From assembly GCF_009914755.1 (NCBI RefSeq), contig NC_060928.1: a stretch of DNA of 64,000 bases. One strand, written 5' to 3'. A program made the position numbers and the translations under genes. How positions within the stretch are numbered: position 1 is the first letter of the stretch; each line of letters opens with the position of its first letter. Positions 11,213 through 25,269 of the stretch are shown in pieces. Source of the stretch: the human T2T-CHM13v2.0 reference genome, Homo sapiens. Under the pieces are notes generated by a model. That model was not told where the DNA came from and did not search any database. It saw only the letters and a list, made by a program, of their open reading frames with translations.

Positions 11213-11588
11213 TGATATGGTTCAGCTGGGTCCCCACCTAACGCTCATCTTGAATTGTAGTTTCCATAATCTTCACGTGTCATAGGAGGGACCCAGTGGG
11301 AGGTAATTTAATCATGGGGGTGGTTAACCTCATGCTGTCCTTGTGATAGTGAGTGAGTTCTTACAAGATCTGATGGTTTTATAAGGGGCTTTTCCCCCCT
11401 TTTGCGCGGTACTGCTCCTTGCTGCTGCCATGTGAAGAAGGACATGTTTGCTTCCCCTTCTGCCATAATTGTAAGTTTCCTGAGGCTTCCCCAGCTGTGC
11501 TGAATGTGAGTCAACTAAACCTCTTTCCTTTATAAATTACTCAGTCTTGGGTATGTCTTTATTAGCAGCATGAGAACAGACTGATACA
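11213..11588 (+). mobile_element. THE1 (MaLR) solo LTR, THE1C/D-like
   Basis: tgatatggtt...gactgataca; TSD gtgtt at 11208-11212 and 11589-11593. Confidence 0.9.
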
Positions 11589-11649
11589 GTGTTCTAAACA
11601 ATAAGACTGTGGAAAATGTTTTACATGTGAAGAAAAAAACACAGAGGAG

Positions 11650-11757
11650 TTAGATAATAGATTGATAAAATAGACAGATGATAGATGATTGATAGATATC
11701 ATAGGTAGATAAATATGTTGGTAGGTAATATGATAGATCAATGGATAGATAGATAGT
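11650..11757. repeat. Degenerate (TAGA)n
   Basis: Direct reading. Confidence 0.8.
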
Positions 11758-12149
11758 CCCAGTGCTTAAAAAAAAACCTATAGTAAAGAAAGTTATTTGT
11801 GTTTTTAAACCTATTACTTCCCAAACTCATTTAAAAAGAGAACACTGTTTGAGGCTCACCCATTAACATTTGGTAAACACTATTCTGTAAAATTCCAGTT
11901 TGTGTGCTCTGTATGTGTCAATTTCTAGTTTTAACCAACTCCTAGTAGATTTCTATTTTCAAGTAGGGAAAGAGTTTTCACAGGAAAAGAAGAGCATTTG
12001 GAGATCAAAGAAAGGGATAAAGGAGACTATCTGAAAATAAGCTTCAGCTCTGTAATTTTGACTAAGGCAGTCCTTGCTTTCAATCCCTAGAAAGTCCTAG
12101 TAAATCTCCCACAGTGGGGAGGTCAAGGTAGTTCACCACAATGGCTAAT

Positions 12150-12330
12150 AGTGCCATGTAAAGTGCAGCTATTTGAAAGTTGGTTAATCTCCCTAAACGT
12201 CATTTCGTACCTTCATGTAATTCGGGTAAGAATGATGTCTCCTCCAGAGGGACATTGGGGATATTAAATGGAATGTCATATTGAAGCATGCCATAACTAA
12301 TCAATGACTGTCAGTTGTCATTATTAACAA
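12150..12330 (+). mobile_element. MIR fragment
   Basis: agttggttaatctccct...ggatattaaatggaat resembles MIR core. Confidence 0.45.
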
Positions 12331-13194
12331 ATGCATCCAATTGCTAAATTTTAATCTCTAAATGTTTGAGAAATTGATTTGGAAAAACATAGGAATACTC
12401 AAACATTGCAGCAATTTTTTTTAGCTATGCAATACAGCGCACAAATATGTATAAATCAACATATATCTAGTTAGGTAAACAAGCATATAATATCGGGTAG
12501 TTAAAGACGGAAAAGGTCTAGGTCAATGTTCTTAAAATAAATATTTAAAGGAAAATTAACAAATTAAAAAATATGAGAATCATGTTTATGCCCCTATTGT
12601 GAAGATGACTCTTCGGTAGCTTAACGGGGCATTGTTTTTTATTACATAAAAATTATTTTAAAATAAGTTCTTATCTGACATGTAAGACATAATTTTTTTC
12701 TGGAATTTTATTTTATTTTGACAGATAAAAATTATATATAAAGTATACAATGTGATGTTTTGATATACATATATGTTGTAAAATGATTACTGCAATCAAG
12801 CTAATTAACATATTCTCAGCTCACATAGTTACAGCTTGTGTGTGTGGTGAGAATACTTCAGGTCTACTCTCAGTAAACTTTAAATATAGAACACAGTGTT
12901 ATTAATTATAATCACCATATTGTCCATTAAACCTCCAAAATTTATTCGTCCTGAAACTTTGTACCGTTTGACCAATAGCTCCTCATTTCCTCCACCATCC
13001 AAACCCTGGCAACCACCATTCTACCTTCTGTTTTATGAGTTTGACTTTTTTGGATTCCACGTGTGTCAGATCGTGCCATGTTTGTCTTTCTGTGCCTGGC
13101 TTATTTCACTTAAGATGATGTCCTCCAGCCTCATCAATGTTGTCACAAATTGCAGGATTTCCTTCTTTTTAAAGACTGAATATTATTTCACTGT

Positions 13195-13196
<2 letters not shown>

Positions 13197-13227
<31 letters not shown>
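13197..13227. repeat. (TG)n microsatellite
   Basis: Direct reading. Confidence 0.95.
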
Positions 13228-13229
<2 letters not shown>

Positions 13230-13261
13230 CACATTTTCTTTATCCATGCATCCATCAACAG

Positions 13262-14109
13262 ATGGGCAAAGGACATGAACAGACAACTTTCAAAAGAAGA
13301 CATACATGTGGCCACCAAGCATATGAAAAAAATGCTCAATATCACTAACCATTAGAGTAATGCAAATCAAAACCACAGTGAGATACCGTCTCACACCAGT
13401 CAGAATGGCTACTATAACAGACAAAAAATAACAGGTGCTGGTGAAGTTGTGGAGAAAAGGAAATGCTTATACACTGCTGGTGAGAGTATAAATTACTTCA
13501 ACCATTGTGGAAAGCAGTATGGAAATTCCTCAAAGAACTAACTACAGAACTATCATTTGACCCAACAATCACATTACCGGGTATATAGCCAAAGGAATAT
13601 AAATCATTCTACTATAAAGACATATGTATGCATATGTTTACTGCAGCACTATTCACAACAGCAAAAACATGGAATCAACCTAAATGCCCATCAGTGGTAG
13701 ACTGGATAAAGAAAATGTGGCACATATACATCATGGAATACTATGCAGCCAAAAAAAACGAGATCAAGTCCTTTGCAGGAACATGGATGGTGCTAGAGGC
13801 CATTATCCTTAGCTAACTAACACAGGAACAGAAAGCCAAATACTGCATGTTCTCACTTATAATTAGCAGCCAAAAAATGAGAACATGTGGACAGGAGGAG
13901 GAAAACAATGGAAACTGGGGCCTACTGGAGGGAAGAAGGTTGGAGGTGGGTGAGGTTCAGGAAAAAAAAAAAACTGTCAGATACTATGATTTGTACCCAT
14001 GTGACAAAATAATCTGTATACCAAACCACTGAGTCACAAGTTTACCTATATTACAAACCTGAACATGTACCCCTGCACCTAAAATAAAAGTTACAATATT
14101 AAAAAAAAA
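13262..14109 (+). mobile_element. Older L1PA (PA13-16-like) 3' fragment inserted into L1MA
   Basis: ORF2 C-terminal peptide MFTAALFTTAKTWNQPKCPS..WIKKMWHIY, 3' UTR, aataaa and A tail at ~14083-14109. Confidence 0.88.
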
Positions 14110-16316
14110 TACCCAGATCCTTAGGTTGTTTCCAAATCTTGGCTGTTGTAGATAACACTACCATGAACGTGGGAGTGCAGATGTCTCTTCAGGATACTGA
14201 TTTCATTTCCTTTGTGTATATACCTGGAAGCAGGATTGTGCTGGATTTTATGCTAGTTCTATTTTTTTTTTTGAGCAACCTTCATACTGTTTTCCATAAT
14301 GGCTGCACCAGTTTCCATTCCCACCAACAATGTACAAGGGTTTGCTTTTCTTCACGCCCTTGCCAACGCTTAATCTTTTGTCTTTTTGATAGTAGCCATT
14401 CTAACAGGTGTGAGGTCATATTTCATTGCTGTTTTGATTTGCATTTCTCTGATTAGTGATATCAAGTGCTTTTTCATGTATTTGTTGGCCATTTGTTTTC
14501 TTTGAAGAAATGTCTGTTCAAGTCCTTTGCCCATTTCTAAGTAGGGTTATTTGGGGATATTGTTACTGAGTTACTCAGTAAACTCAGCTGAATTAAGTTT
14601 CTTATATATACGGATATTAACTCCTTACCAGATTTATGGTTTGCTAATATTTTATCCCATTTCTTAGGTTGTCTCTTTACTCTGTTGACTATTTCCTTTG
14701 CTTTGCAGAAGGTTTTAGTTTGATGCAATCCCATTTAACTATTTTTACTTTTGTTGCCTATGTTTTTTAGGTCATATCAAAAAATCATTGCCTAACCAAT
14801 GTCAAGGTTTTTTTTTATGTTGTCTTCTAGTAGTTTTACAGTTTCATGTCTTACATTTAAATCTTGAATTCACTTTTAGTTGACCTTGTATGTGGAGTGA
14901 GGTAAGGGTCTACTTTCCTTCTTCTGCATATAAATATCCAGTTTTTCTAGTGCCATTTATTGAAGAAACTGTCCTTTCCCCATTATGTAATTTGGGCACC
15001 CTTGTTGAAGACCAACTGTCCATATATGTATGGGTTTATTTCTGGGTTCTCTACTATGTTTCATTGGTCTATATGTCTGTTTTTATGCAAGTATCTTACT
15101 GCTCTCATTACTGTTTTATAGTTCTCAGTGTGTCCAGATTTTTCACCTCCTTGATTAAATGTCTTCTTAGGTATTTTATTGATTTTATGCTATTGTAAAT
15201 GGGATTGTTTTCTTAATTTCTTTTTCATATAGTTCATTGTTAGTGTACAGAAACACAACTGACTTTTGTATGTTGACTTTGTATCCTGCTACTTTACTGA
15301 ATTTGTTTATCAGATTTTTTGTGGAGTCGTTAGGGCTCTCTATATAAAAGATCAGATCATCTGTGAACAGAGACTATTTGACTTCTCCCTTTTGTGATCT
15401 GAATCCCTTTTATTCCTTTTTCTTGCCTAATTGCTCTGGCTAGGACCTCCTGTACTATGTTGAATTTCTGATCTTAGAGGAAAAGCTTTCATTTCTTCGC
15501 TGTTTATGATGTTAGCTATGGGCTTGTCATATATGCCTTTAGTATATTGAGGAACATTTCTTTGATACCTATCTCGTTGAGAATTCTTATGAAAGGAGTT
15601 AATTTTGTCAAATGTTCTTTCTGCATCTATGGAGATGATCAGATAATATTTATCCCTCATCCTGTTAATGTGGTATGTCACATTTATTGATTTGCATATG
15701 TTGAATTATTCTTGCATCACAGGGAGAAATCTCACTTGATCCTGATGTATGATCCTTTTAATATGCTATGAATTTGGTTTGCTGGTATTTTGTTGTGGGA
15801 AAATATAATGTTATATGCATAGTTGCCTCCAACCTAAGCCAGTGCCTGATAAATGAAAGGCTTTGCACTCTTAATTGAACAAATTCCTTGGTTCCAGTAC
15901 TTTACCGTTCATTGAAAGCCAGGAAGTACTGGGACAAAGAAATTATTAGAGTTGATAATAAAAGAGTAAACAGCATACTCATTATTAGCAGCGTACTTTC
16001 TCATTTTCCCTCCCTGATAGGACTTTAACTCTCTTCTATATATTTCAGCCCTAATGTACTTATCATATAGTCTTTAGGAACAAGAGAAAAGACCAAGTAG
16101 AATATGTACAAAACTAAAATAAATACAGAGACATTTCTTTTTGTTTTATTAGGAAAAGTTAGGAGGATGAGAAACAGTGAAATCTAAGATATTGTTCCTA
16201 CAATATTTTGCTATGTGTATGGTATGGATGAATAAAGTGAAATATCCTTTATAATTATCTAAAAAGTATGTGAAAGTGAATAGATGATGCTGAAACTAAA
16301 AAATTTTATTCTAGAT

Positions 16317-16480
16317 CAGTGCTTCTCAAACATTAATGTGCATACGAATCACCTGAGGAGTTTTCCAAGCACATTTCGATTCAGCAGGTCTGGGCTGGAG
16401 ACTGAGATTCCACAATCACAAAGAGCTCCCAGGGAGTACTGATACTGCTGGTCTGCATATCACACTTGGAGTAGAAAGGT
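16317..16480. mobile_element. MER5A-type DNA transposon
   Basis: cagtgcttctcaaacattaatgtgcatacgaatcacctg...cacacttggagtag. Confidence 0.75.
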
Positions 16481-16914
16481 TCTAGATTACATAGACCGTC
16501 ATCTTCATGCACCAGACTTATTTCCTAGTCTGGGTTCCTCTGGAAATATTTCCAGTGCACCAATCAGTTTGATGGAGTTGGATAAAGAGGGAGACTCAAG
16601 ATTTACTTCACTTGAAAAGAATATTTATTTTCCATTTAAGGCTAATGGACTAATGGACTAAATATTACACATCTCAGCCCTTGGGATATCTGTGATAATA
16701 TTTTTCTTTTCCTACCAATGTGCTTTTACTCTATACTTCTGCTCTGCTGGGTGGCCAATGGGACCTTGTCTGTTTACCAAGCCTAGTTCTCAGGTCTACT
16801 TTCCTTCGATATCTTTTCTTTCTTCCAACCTTCCAATCCAAACTGAGGTGGTGGTATTCCCCACCACCAAGAAAGGCATAGTTTCCATTTTTTCTCTACC
16901 AGTTCTAGTACATG

Positions 16915-17050
16915 CAATTAAATTTTCTGAGCCCAAAATTTCTCATCTCTGAAATAAGGAGCATGAAACTCTGTGCGTGGGTGCATATGAAGCTAATGAA
17001 ATGGCACATAAAGTGTCTAACACAAAGAAGGAACCAAATAAATATCAGAT
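16915..17050 (+). mobile_element. MIR fragment
   Basis: ctgagcccaaaatttctcatctctgaaataagg...aaagtgtctaacaca. Confidence 0.55.
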
Positions 17051-18169
17051 TCTATCCCTATCCCACTTTTATTTTGTCCCATTCCAATGTGGCTTTGCAT
17101 AATTGGAAATCATTATGTATAGACATCAGGTAAAATCTAGCACCAGCTTATATAGTACTCTAAGACCATCAGGTTTTTTTTTTTTTACCTCGTCTTCAGT
17201 TTTAATTTAAAGCAATTAAAATTAATATATTCAGATTTCAACAAAGTGTAAGCATCCCTCTGCTGAACCACTGTATCATTACAGTGTGCGTTAAGAATGC
17301 CAATAGGCATGGAACAGATGCCAGATAACCAAGATGGTACTTTTAGTGGGTCTGGCATTAAACAAAGAAATGTGTTCATAAGTCATCTTTCTTGGATCTC
17401 AACCAAAAATTGTTATTTTGGATTTTGTCATCTTTCCATTTAAATTTCTACTTAATCCTTCATTAGAGTATGTGTTAACAATCTTAATTTGTGTGATTGC
17501 CTTCATGAAAAGTTGGATATATAAAATAAATGTCACTTTTAAGGCATCTAAGGAATTGTTTTCTATCTTAGTCACCAAGTATGTCAGACACATTGCTTAC
17601 AATGTCTTCTATTTCAATCTGTGGTTTGTTTCTGCCATCCAAAAATGAGTAAACTTTAGTTTCACCCAGCCGTGTTTCTGAATATGAACATTCAAATGTG
17701 GACCATGTGTGATGGAAAATCCTGCCATGGCTGAGAATATGGATAAACTTGAGGGGGACTGTTTGATGGAAAGTCATTATATAATGTATATTTTCTTTCA
17801 TTCATTTAACAAACATTTATTCTAGGCCAATGGTGAGCAAAATATTCCCTCAACAAAGTACCCATGCACACACACATGAAGAAACTACACATTTATTTGG
17901 AATGTCTAGTAGAGTTCCCCCCTTTCTTGGCTATTTTACACCAGTTCCCATATAACTGGTTTATATAATAATAGTTATTTATGATAAAAATTTGACTAAT
18001 TCTAACTGACAAGAAGATAGATATGTTTGTTTTGGAAACTATTTCTATTTGGTAATAGATTCCAAATGTATTGAATGGTCTCTAAAAGATGTAGGAACAC
18101 AGGACATACTGCTCATGATGTACAACAAAAACAATAGTTTCAAAATTTTATGACATATTGCAGTTTATC

Positions 18170-18400
18170 AAGTGGTTTTATAACCATTATCTTGTTTAAT
18201 TCTCACAACATCCTTATGAGTAGTGTGTGTGTGTGACCATGAGAATATATGAGTGTGAGTGTGTGTGTGTGTGTGTGTCCGTGTAGGAGAGGAAATGATT
18301 AACCCATTTCATAGATGAGGTGTAACCCATTTCATAGATGAGGTGTAACTAACAATGTAGCTTCAATTATACTGGCAGGTCACAGAAAAGAGATTTGCAA
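18170..18400 (-). mobile_element. MIR fragment containing (TG)n tracts and a 23-bp tandem duplication
   Basis: tttaattctcacaacatccttatgag; taacccatttcatagatgaggtg twice at 18300-18345. Confidence 0.6.
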
Positions 18401-19944
18401 CCAGCCTTATGCCTCTCCTCCCACGTCTCTCTACTGACCCACATCTTTTTATGAAGTAGGGATTGCAGCCATCCCACAGCTCATCAATGCTGTCATGTCT
18501 ATGCACGAAGGCACTCTTAGATAGAAGAGAAAACAGAGGGGGCCTGGGATCCAGTCCCCAGCGCAGGCACTGAGTGTGCCCCTGGCCCCATCAGTTTAAT
18601 TCTGAGCGCTCAGGACAGTATGAGGAGCAGCCTGTCGTTTTCGGAGACACCAGCTGAGGGAGCCTGTGGACACAATATCAGTTGAAAAGCTCCCCAGCCC
18701 AGGGTGGAACCAAGCAGCCCACGCCTGCTCTTAGGAGCCAAGTTTCCCAAACAATGTCAGAGTTAGCTTGGGGAATCTTCTTAGTACTCTTAAGAGGCCA
18801 GAGCTGAGATTTCCACACAATGACATATTAAAGTATTGGATCCAGGGTCCTTTGCATTGGGAGAATGTCAGGAAAATAGCATTAGCTAGATAAACTTCTT
18901 TCCCTCAAACCAAATACAGTCGTATTGTTTACTATTATAGGTCTATTAAGGTTGCTGTTTAAATGTTACCAATGTCCTCATATTTTGGTAATTTTGTTCG
19001 AGTTGGAAAGAAATGTCTTGAGAAATTTTTATTTAGCCAGAGTGTTTGAGCACTTTAAGATATCTTTAGTATACTACATCGCTTCTCCAGGTCCTCAAGA
19101 GACCTAAAAAAAAAAAAAAAAAAAAAAGGCTTTCTAAGCAGTGCCTATCAAGCTACTACTTCCGGCCCCACAAAAAAGAAAAGCTGAGACTCTTCACCCC
19201 TTGATTCCAGTATTCCCAAACTCCTGGTAAACCATTAGGAATTAGATATGCCCCAAATTTATGTAGCAACTCCCTTCTTAAGAATATAGAGAACGTTTTT
19301 TTTTACACACCTTGTTACACCTCACAATTGAGCCTCAACTTGAGATTCCCTTGCCCAGCAAAGTCCAGAATTCACCACTGTCTACATGCTGGACCCAATT
19401 CGTTTTGCTGTCGTTGATCACTAATTTGGGAATTGTGGGAGGGAGAGGAGGAGCGAGTCCCTCTCTTTACTTTAGAACTGGTAAAACTGAGATAGCCAGA
19501 GATTTCTAGAACTGCCAAGCTAAAACGTAAGCTGAATCATTGTGCAAGTATGGATTAGAACCCAGTACTGGGTTTGAACTGTAAACCCAGTTTCTGATCA
19601 TATGGCTGCCCAGTGCTCCTGGTGGCAGAGCTGATTGCTTCCTGGGTTCAAATGGGTCATGCTTTCCAGGGCACTCTGGACATCCATGGAACAAGCCTAA
19701 TTTAAACATTAGAGGTCTTTCAAACCCTTATATACCAAATCATCATCAGTTCAGTCTCTCAATTCTGCATTAATTCTTTTGTGGAATTAAAAAATATTTT
19801 CTCCTGAATTTCCTTAAAAAAAATCGAACGTTCCCTCAGGGCAAGGAGACATAGCTAGGGGTACCATGCGATAAGAGGGTGAGTAAAAAGGAAAAGTCTA
19901 GTATCCTAGACAGTCTCTTTGCAGAGCTGCGCTTCTGCTCAGAA

Positions 19945-20112
19945 GACATTTGTCAATGCCTAGAGACATTTCGGTTGTCACCACTGGGAGAGGGGTGTAC
20001 TAGAGAGTAGAAGCCAGAGAAGCTGCTAAACATCCCACAGTGCCCTGGACACCCCCCGACGACAAAGAATTCTCCAGCCCAAAATGCCTGCAGTGCTGAT
20101 GTTGAAGAATGC
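19945..20112. mobile_element. MER20 (hAT-Charlie)
   Basis: gacatttgtcaatgcctagagacatt...gctgctaaacatcccacagtgc...ccagcccaaaatg...agtgctgatgttgaagaa. Confidence 0.8.
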
Positions 20113-21359
20113 GGGTGTGTAGATATAAACAACAATCTGCTAAGCTTTCAAATGATAGCAGCTAGAAAGATCTTCAAGAGTCTAGGGATTTGGAAAATTC
20201 TGGCATCATGATAGTCAATCCCCAATGGAGACATTCTTTGAAGACCACATAGGCAATCACTTGACCAAATGCCACCTAAAAATTGAAATATTTTTCACGT
20301 TTTGCTTGGTTTGCTAGAACACACCAATATACTTTCACCCTTGAAGAAAGGGAACTGTTTATGTCATTCAGTAGCAGGACTCCTTGGCTAAAGCAGCAGA
20401 CAGCTCACCAGATTTCACTGGAAAGACTGCCCAAACCAGTCTCTGCCAGGGACTCCAAAGCGCAGGGAGGCTTCAGTGCTAGGGAGAGCGGATGTGAAGG
20501 CAGTTATGAAGGACAGCTGTGCCAGCATCTCCCAACTTTTCCGTTTTTTCTCAAACCTCAGCTTGCCTTGTGCATGGCTAAGGTTATCCCTGGCCAGCTG
20601 CTTTTTTCCCTATTCTACCTCTCCCCTGCTGTAGCAATTCCCTAACCAGTGCTACTAAGACTAAGGATTTCACCACCTCCTCCCATTTTCCACCATACAG
20701 AAATCCACAAAACTGAGTTAAGAGAACTCTCCTGCCATCCCCAATAGCCAAAAAACTGAGTCACCACTTGGCCTAACAGCACTCAGATGATTCATTAAAA
20801 TACAGTGGAGCGCTCTTCAGGGGGGTGCAGGGGAGATTCAAGTGGGAAGGTAAGGCTGCAAGCAGGAGGGGAAGTGGACAGGAGATGAGACTGCGAGGCG
20901 TGTCACAAGAAGGGAGTCTCCTGGTGCCTTTCTCCAGGGCTAAACCCCTTGAGGCAGAAACTCCGTTGAGTCATTCTGAAGTCAAATCTGGTGCTAACTG
21001 GCGCTCTTGGATCTGGGTCAGTCTCGATGGGGCCTGGGAATGTCTGCGGAGTGCCCATTCCTCTCAGCAGTTTGTGAGATTGAGAGCCACTGCTCTGCTT
21101 TTCTTCTCCCTTGACCCCATTCCCAGTTTCCTACCAGGATCACTGTGAGCCCTGGGAGGATGGATTTGTAAAAAATTCCTGGAGCCAAACACCCTGAGCT
21201 ATGAAACTGGCCCATTATTGTGAGAATTTTCAGATGTTGAAGAAATGTGGGGTTGGGAAAGAGAGGAGCACCTTAAAGAAGATTTATTCACCTAGTCACC
21301 CTCAGATGGTTGTCTGCAGATTTTGAGAGAGAAATGGAAATAGTTTCAGATACTTTTTA

Positions 21360-21655
21360 TTTTTTTTTTGAGACAGAGTCTCACTCTGTCACCCAGGCTG
21401 GAGTGCAGTGGCGTGCTCACCTCACTTCATCCTCCGCCTCCTGGGTTCAAGCGATTCTCATGCCTCAGCCTCCTGAGTACCTGGGATTACAGGTGCCTGC
21501 AGCCACACCCGGCTAACTTTTGTATTTTTATTTTTAGTAGAGACGAGATTTTGCCATGTTGGCCAGGCTGGTCTCAAACTCCTGACCTCAAGTGATCTGC
21601 CCGCCTCAGCCTCCCAAAGTGCTGGGATTACAGGTGTGACCTACCGTGCCTGGCT
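21360..21655 (-). mobile_element. AluS (Sx/Sz-like)
   Basis: Full dimer; TSD core tcagatacttttt at 21346 and 21661. Confidence 0.95.
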
Positions 21656-23003
21656 GAGTGTCAGATACTTTTTAAGCATACTCTGGTTATCATTCTTCTC
21701 AGATTACTTCACTAAATTAAAATGTTCTAAATGTACAAAGAGCAAAATGGTTTGTTTAAAAAAATAGCCGTGTTCAATCTCTATCAGAAACAGCTTCAAG
21801 TAAAATTATTTTCCTCCAGCCAATTTCTTCTTTCAAGTATTCTCCTCTATGAAATACTCAATTTGCAACTCTAGATGAAATTACTGAGTCAATTTGTGGA
21901 AATTTCATCTGTTCCTTGACAGTGAGTTTTTATGTTTGGGTCAAAATGAACTTAAGGCCAGGGGTATCTGTAAAACACTAGGTAATAGGACAACAGTCCC
22001 TAAAGTCAAGCGGGCTATTGTCAAGCACAACTGTACTGGTTCGTCAGAGCTGGCTCCCTTAGCAGGGAAAGTTTGTGTCGTTTCTAAAGTGCTTTACCAT
22101 ACTGTAATTTGTCATTCTTGATTGTAATGTATGGTAAATTATGCTTCTAGAAAGTTATCACTCTGATCCACGTCTGATCTAATGAGAACAGCTGCATCCA
22201 CTGCAGGCCGGGTGCTTGTCAGCTTATTCCCTCAGGGCCAGACAGGTGTGGTCTAAGCTCCAATTTAGGTAGGAGACCTTCAGGGAAAGTCCAGGTGCTT
22301 CAAGAAGCTCCAAGATGAGATCAGAAATTGGCCCCAATCCCTCTGAGTCAGAATTCTGAGTCATCTTTTTTTAAGGCCATTTTTTGTCCGTTTCCTCCTG
22401 CGACTATCAGTGCCTATACTTTAAAGTGTTCTATAACCGTGAAATCTTTCCTGGGATAACCCAGTCCACTATACCCACTCCCACCAACCCCCACCACCAA
22501 AAACTATAGATCTACTGCTGAGTCAATTTCTTCACATTTGAAAGCTCAAGAAGGGGGAGAACAAGTTGAAATTTCTATTCAGAGCTGACACTCCATATTA
22601 AAGATAGGAAAGAAAAGTTTGGGGAGTTGCTAAGCATGAGAGGCATTGTTGATAAATTATCTTGAGATCCAGATATTAGTTGAGCCTCACTCGCAACTGA
22701 AAGAATCAAGCCTAATGGACTTTTCTGCCCAGTGCCAGACTGGAAAGATTTAAACTCTTGAAGGTCTCTAAGGATTCCCAACTGCTTTTCCTCTCATGAT
22801 CCTCTCTGCTCCTGTTCTGTATACCTGCGTGCTGCCTCATTTGGCCCCATGTCCACCTAAGTGTAAAACCCAGCTCTTCACCAGTTTTTACAAGGATGTC
22901 CATTTGCACCAAATGTCACATGGTGGAAGAATTTACTGAAGCCTCCAGGATTGGCACACTTAAAAGTTCTTTTCTCAGGTTGACTAGAAGTCTTAACCAC
23001 TCA

Positions 23004-23308
<305 letters not shown>

Positions 23309-23767
23309 CTACACAAAAGTCTCAATATCCGCTTATCCCCAGTGCATATCTAAGTATTTTTTCCAACAAATAGCATTATTCCTCAGAAAAATTCTGAGAC
23401 CAGTTAGAACCACCCTGTTAAAATATCATCAGAAATTCACAAGGAAAATGTTGGCTTTCTGTATAATAATGGCACAACAAGAATTCACTTCTACTTGTAT
23501 CATCTATTAAATAATGAAATATTTAGTGGCTTTTAAGTAGCAGGGCATATGGTTTTGAATTTTGTTTTTCCAGTTGGAGTAAGAAACAATTCTTCATGAT
23601 TATCCTAAAGAACCAGGAAGAAAATGAGCAAGGGACTGGCTGGGCTTCTAGGAGATGTCCGTGGCACACAGTAGGATCTTGGTAATAACTGACCTACTCT
23701 ATAACTAAGCAAACCTGCTCTTCAGCACAGGGTAGAACACCATGGAGTGAAGAATGGGATAAAATAG

Positions 23768-24165
<398 letters not shown>

Positions 24166-24259
24166 TAGCTTCTCTCCAAAAGATTTACTGGAACGGTTCC
24201 TCCCACTCAATGGTGTTAGAGAGATGTCAGTAATACTATGAGTCTGCCTGCTGAGGTGC

Positions 24260-24480
24260 ACAACATAGGACTCTATAGTCAGGCGATGGGTTCAAATCCC
24301 AGTGGGCCAGATACCATTTAGCTCTAAGTGGGTCCTTATCCTCCCTGAGTCTGTATTTCCTGTATTTCCCAGTTTACGAAGAGGAGATCATAATACATCC
24401 CTATGAAACTGATGTGGGCATTAAAGACGTAAGTGCATAGTATAACTCACACTTAGTAAAAAGTAGTCACAATTTTACTA
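24260..24480 (+). mobile_element. MIR
   Basis: ggactctatagtcag...gggttcaaatcccag B-box-like motif and core. Confidence 0.6.
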
Positions 24481-24884
24481 CCATAGATGCTTTCTCATCA
24501 CCGGTAAAAACGACCTTTCATGAAAGTCTCACCTCCAACCCTGCGTATAATCTCAGAAACTCACTCAATAACATCAACTCAAAGTTTATGTATGACTATT
24601 CTATTTCTATATAATATTGATGTATCTTTTTAAACTGTATTTTGAGAAATTCCAAAATATGTTATGATTTTTAGTGTAAAATTCCTGGCCTGAGATGTCA
24701 TTATATCTTCTTTCCTAAAAGAATAATTTAATTACATTTCCTTTTATGTTAATGACTGAATTTATTATTATTAATTTGGCCCCCAGGAAATGTTCAATGT
24801 TATCTGTGGAGAATGAAAAGGAAATAAAAGACGAGGCTTTGGAGCAATAAAAATATTATCCTAAAAAGTCACTTGGGTATTTGA

Positions 24885-25269
<385 letters not shown>

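Larger units (their letters stand above)
12705..15797 (-). mobile_element. L1MA (3' UTR and ORF2 part), interrupted by a plus-strand L1
   Basis: T-rich tail, caatcaagctaattaacat, antisense ORF2 motifs 14120-15797; ORF 15427-15681 resembles degraded L1 RT (IISIDAERTFDKI, KAFPLRS); internal deletion near 15115. Confidence 0.88.

Noticed and set aside
8162-11588. Two MaLR LTRs as the ends of one provirus
   Set aside because: Opposite orientations, separate TSDs and no internal sequence, so these are independent solo LTRs
12896-15681. ORFs of 60-150 aa, including the longest ORF in the window
   Set aside because: Degraded L1 sense/antisense frames and (TG)n-derived VCVC runs; no intact ORF1 or ORF2
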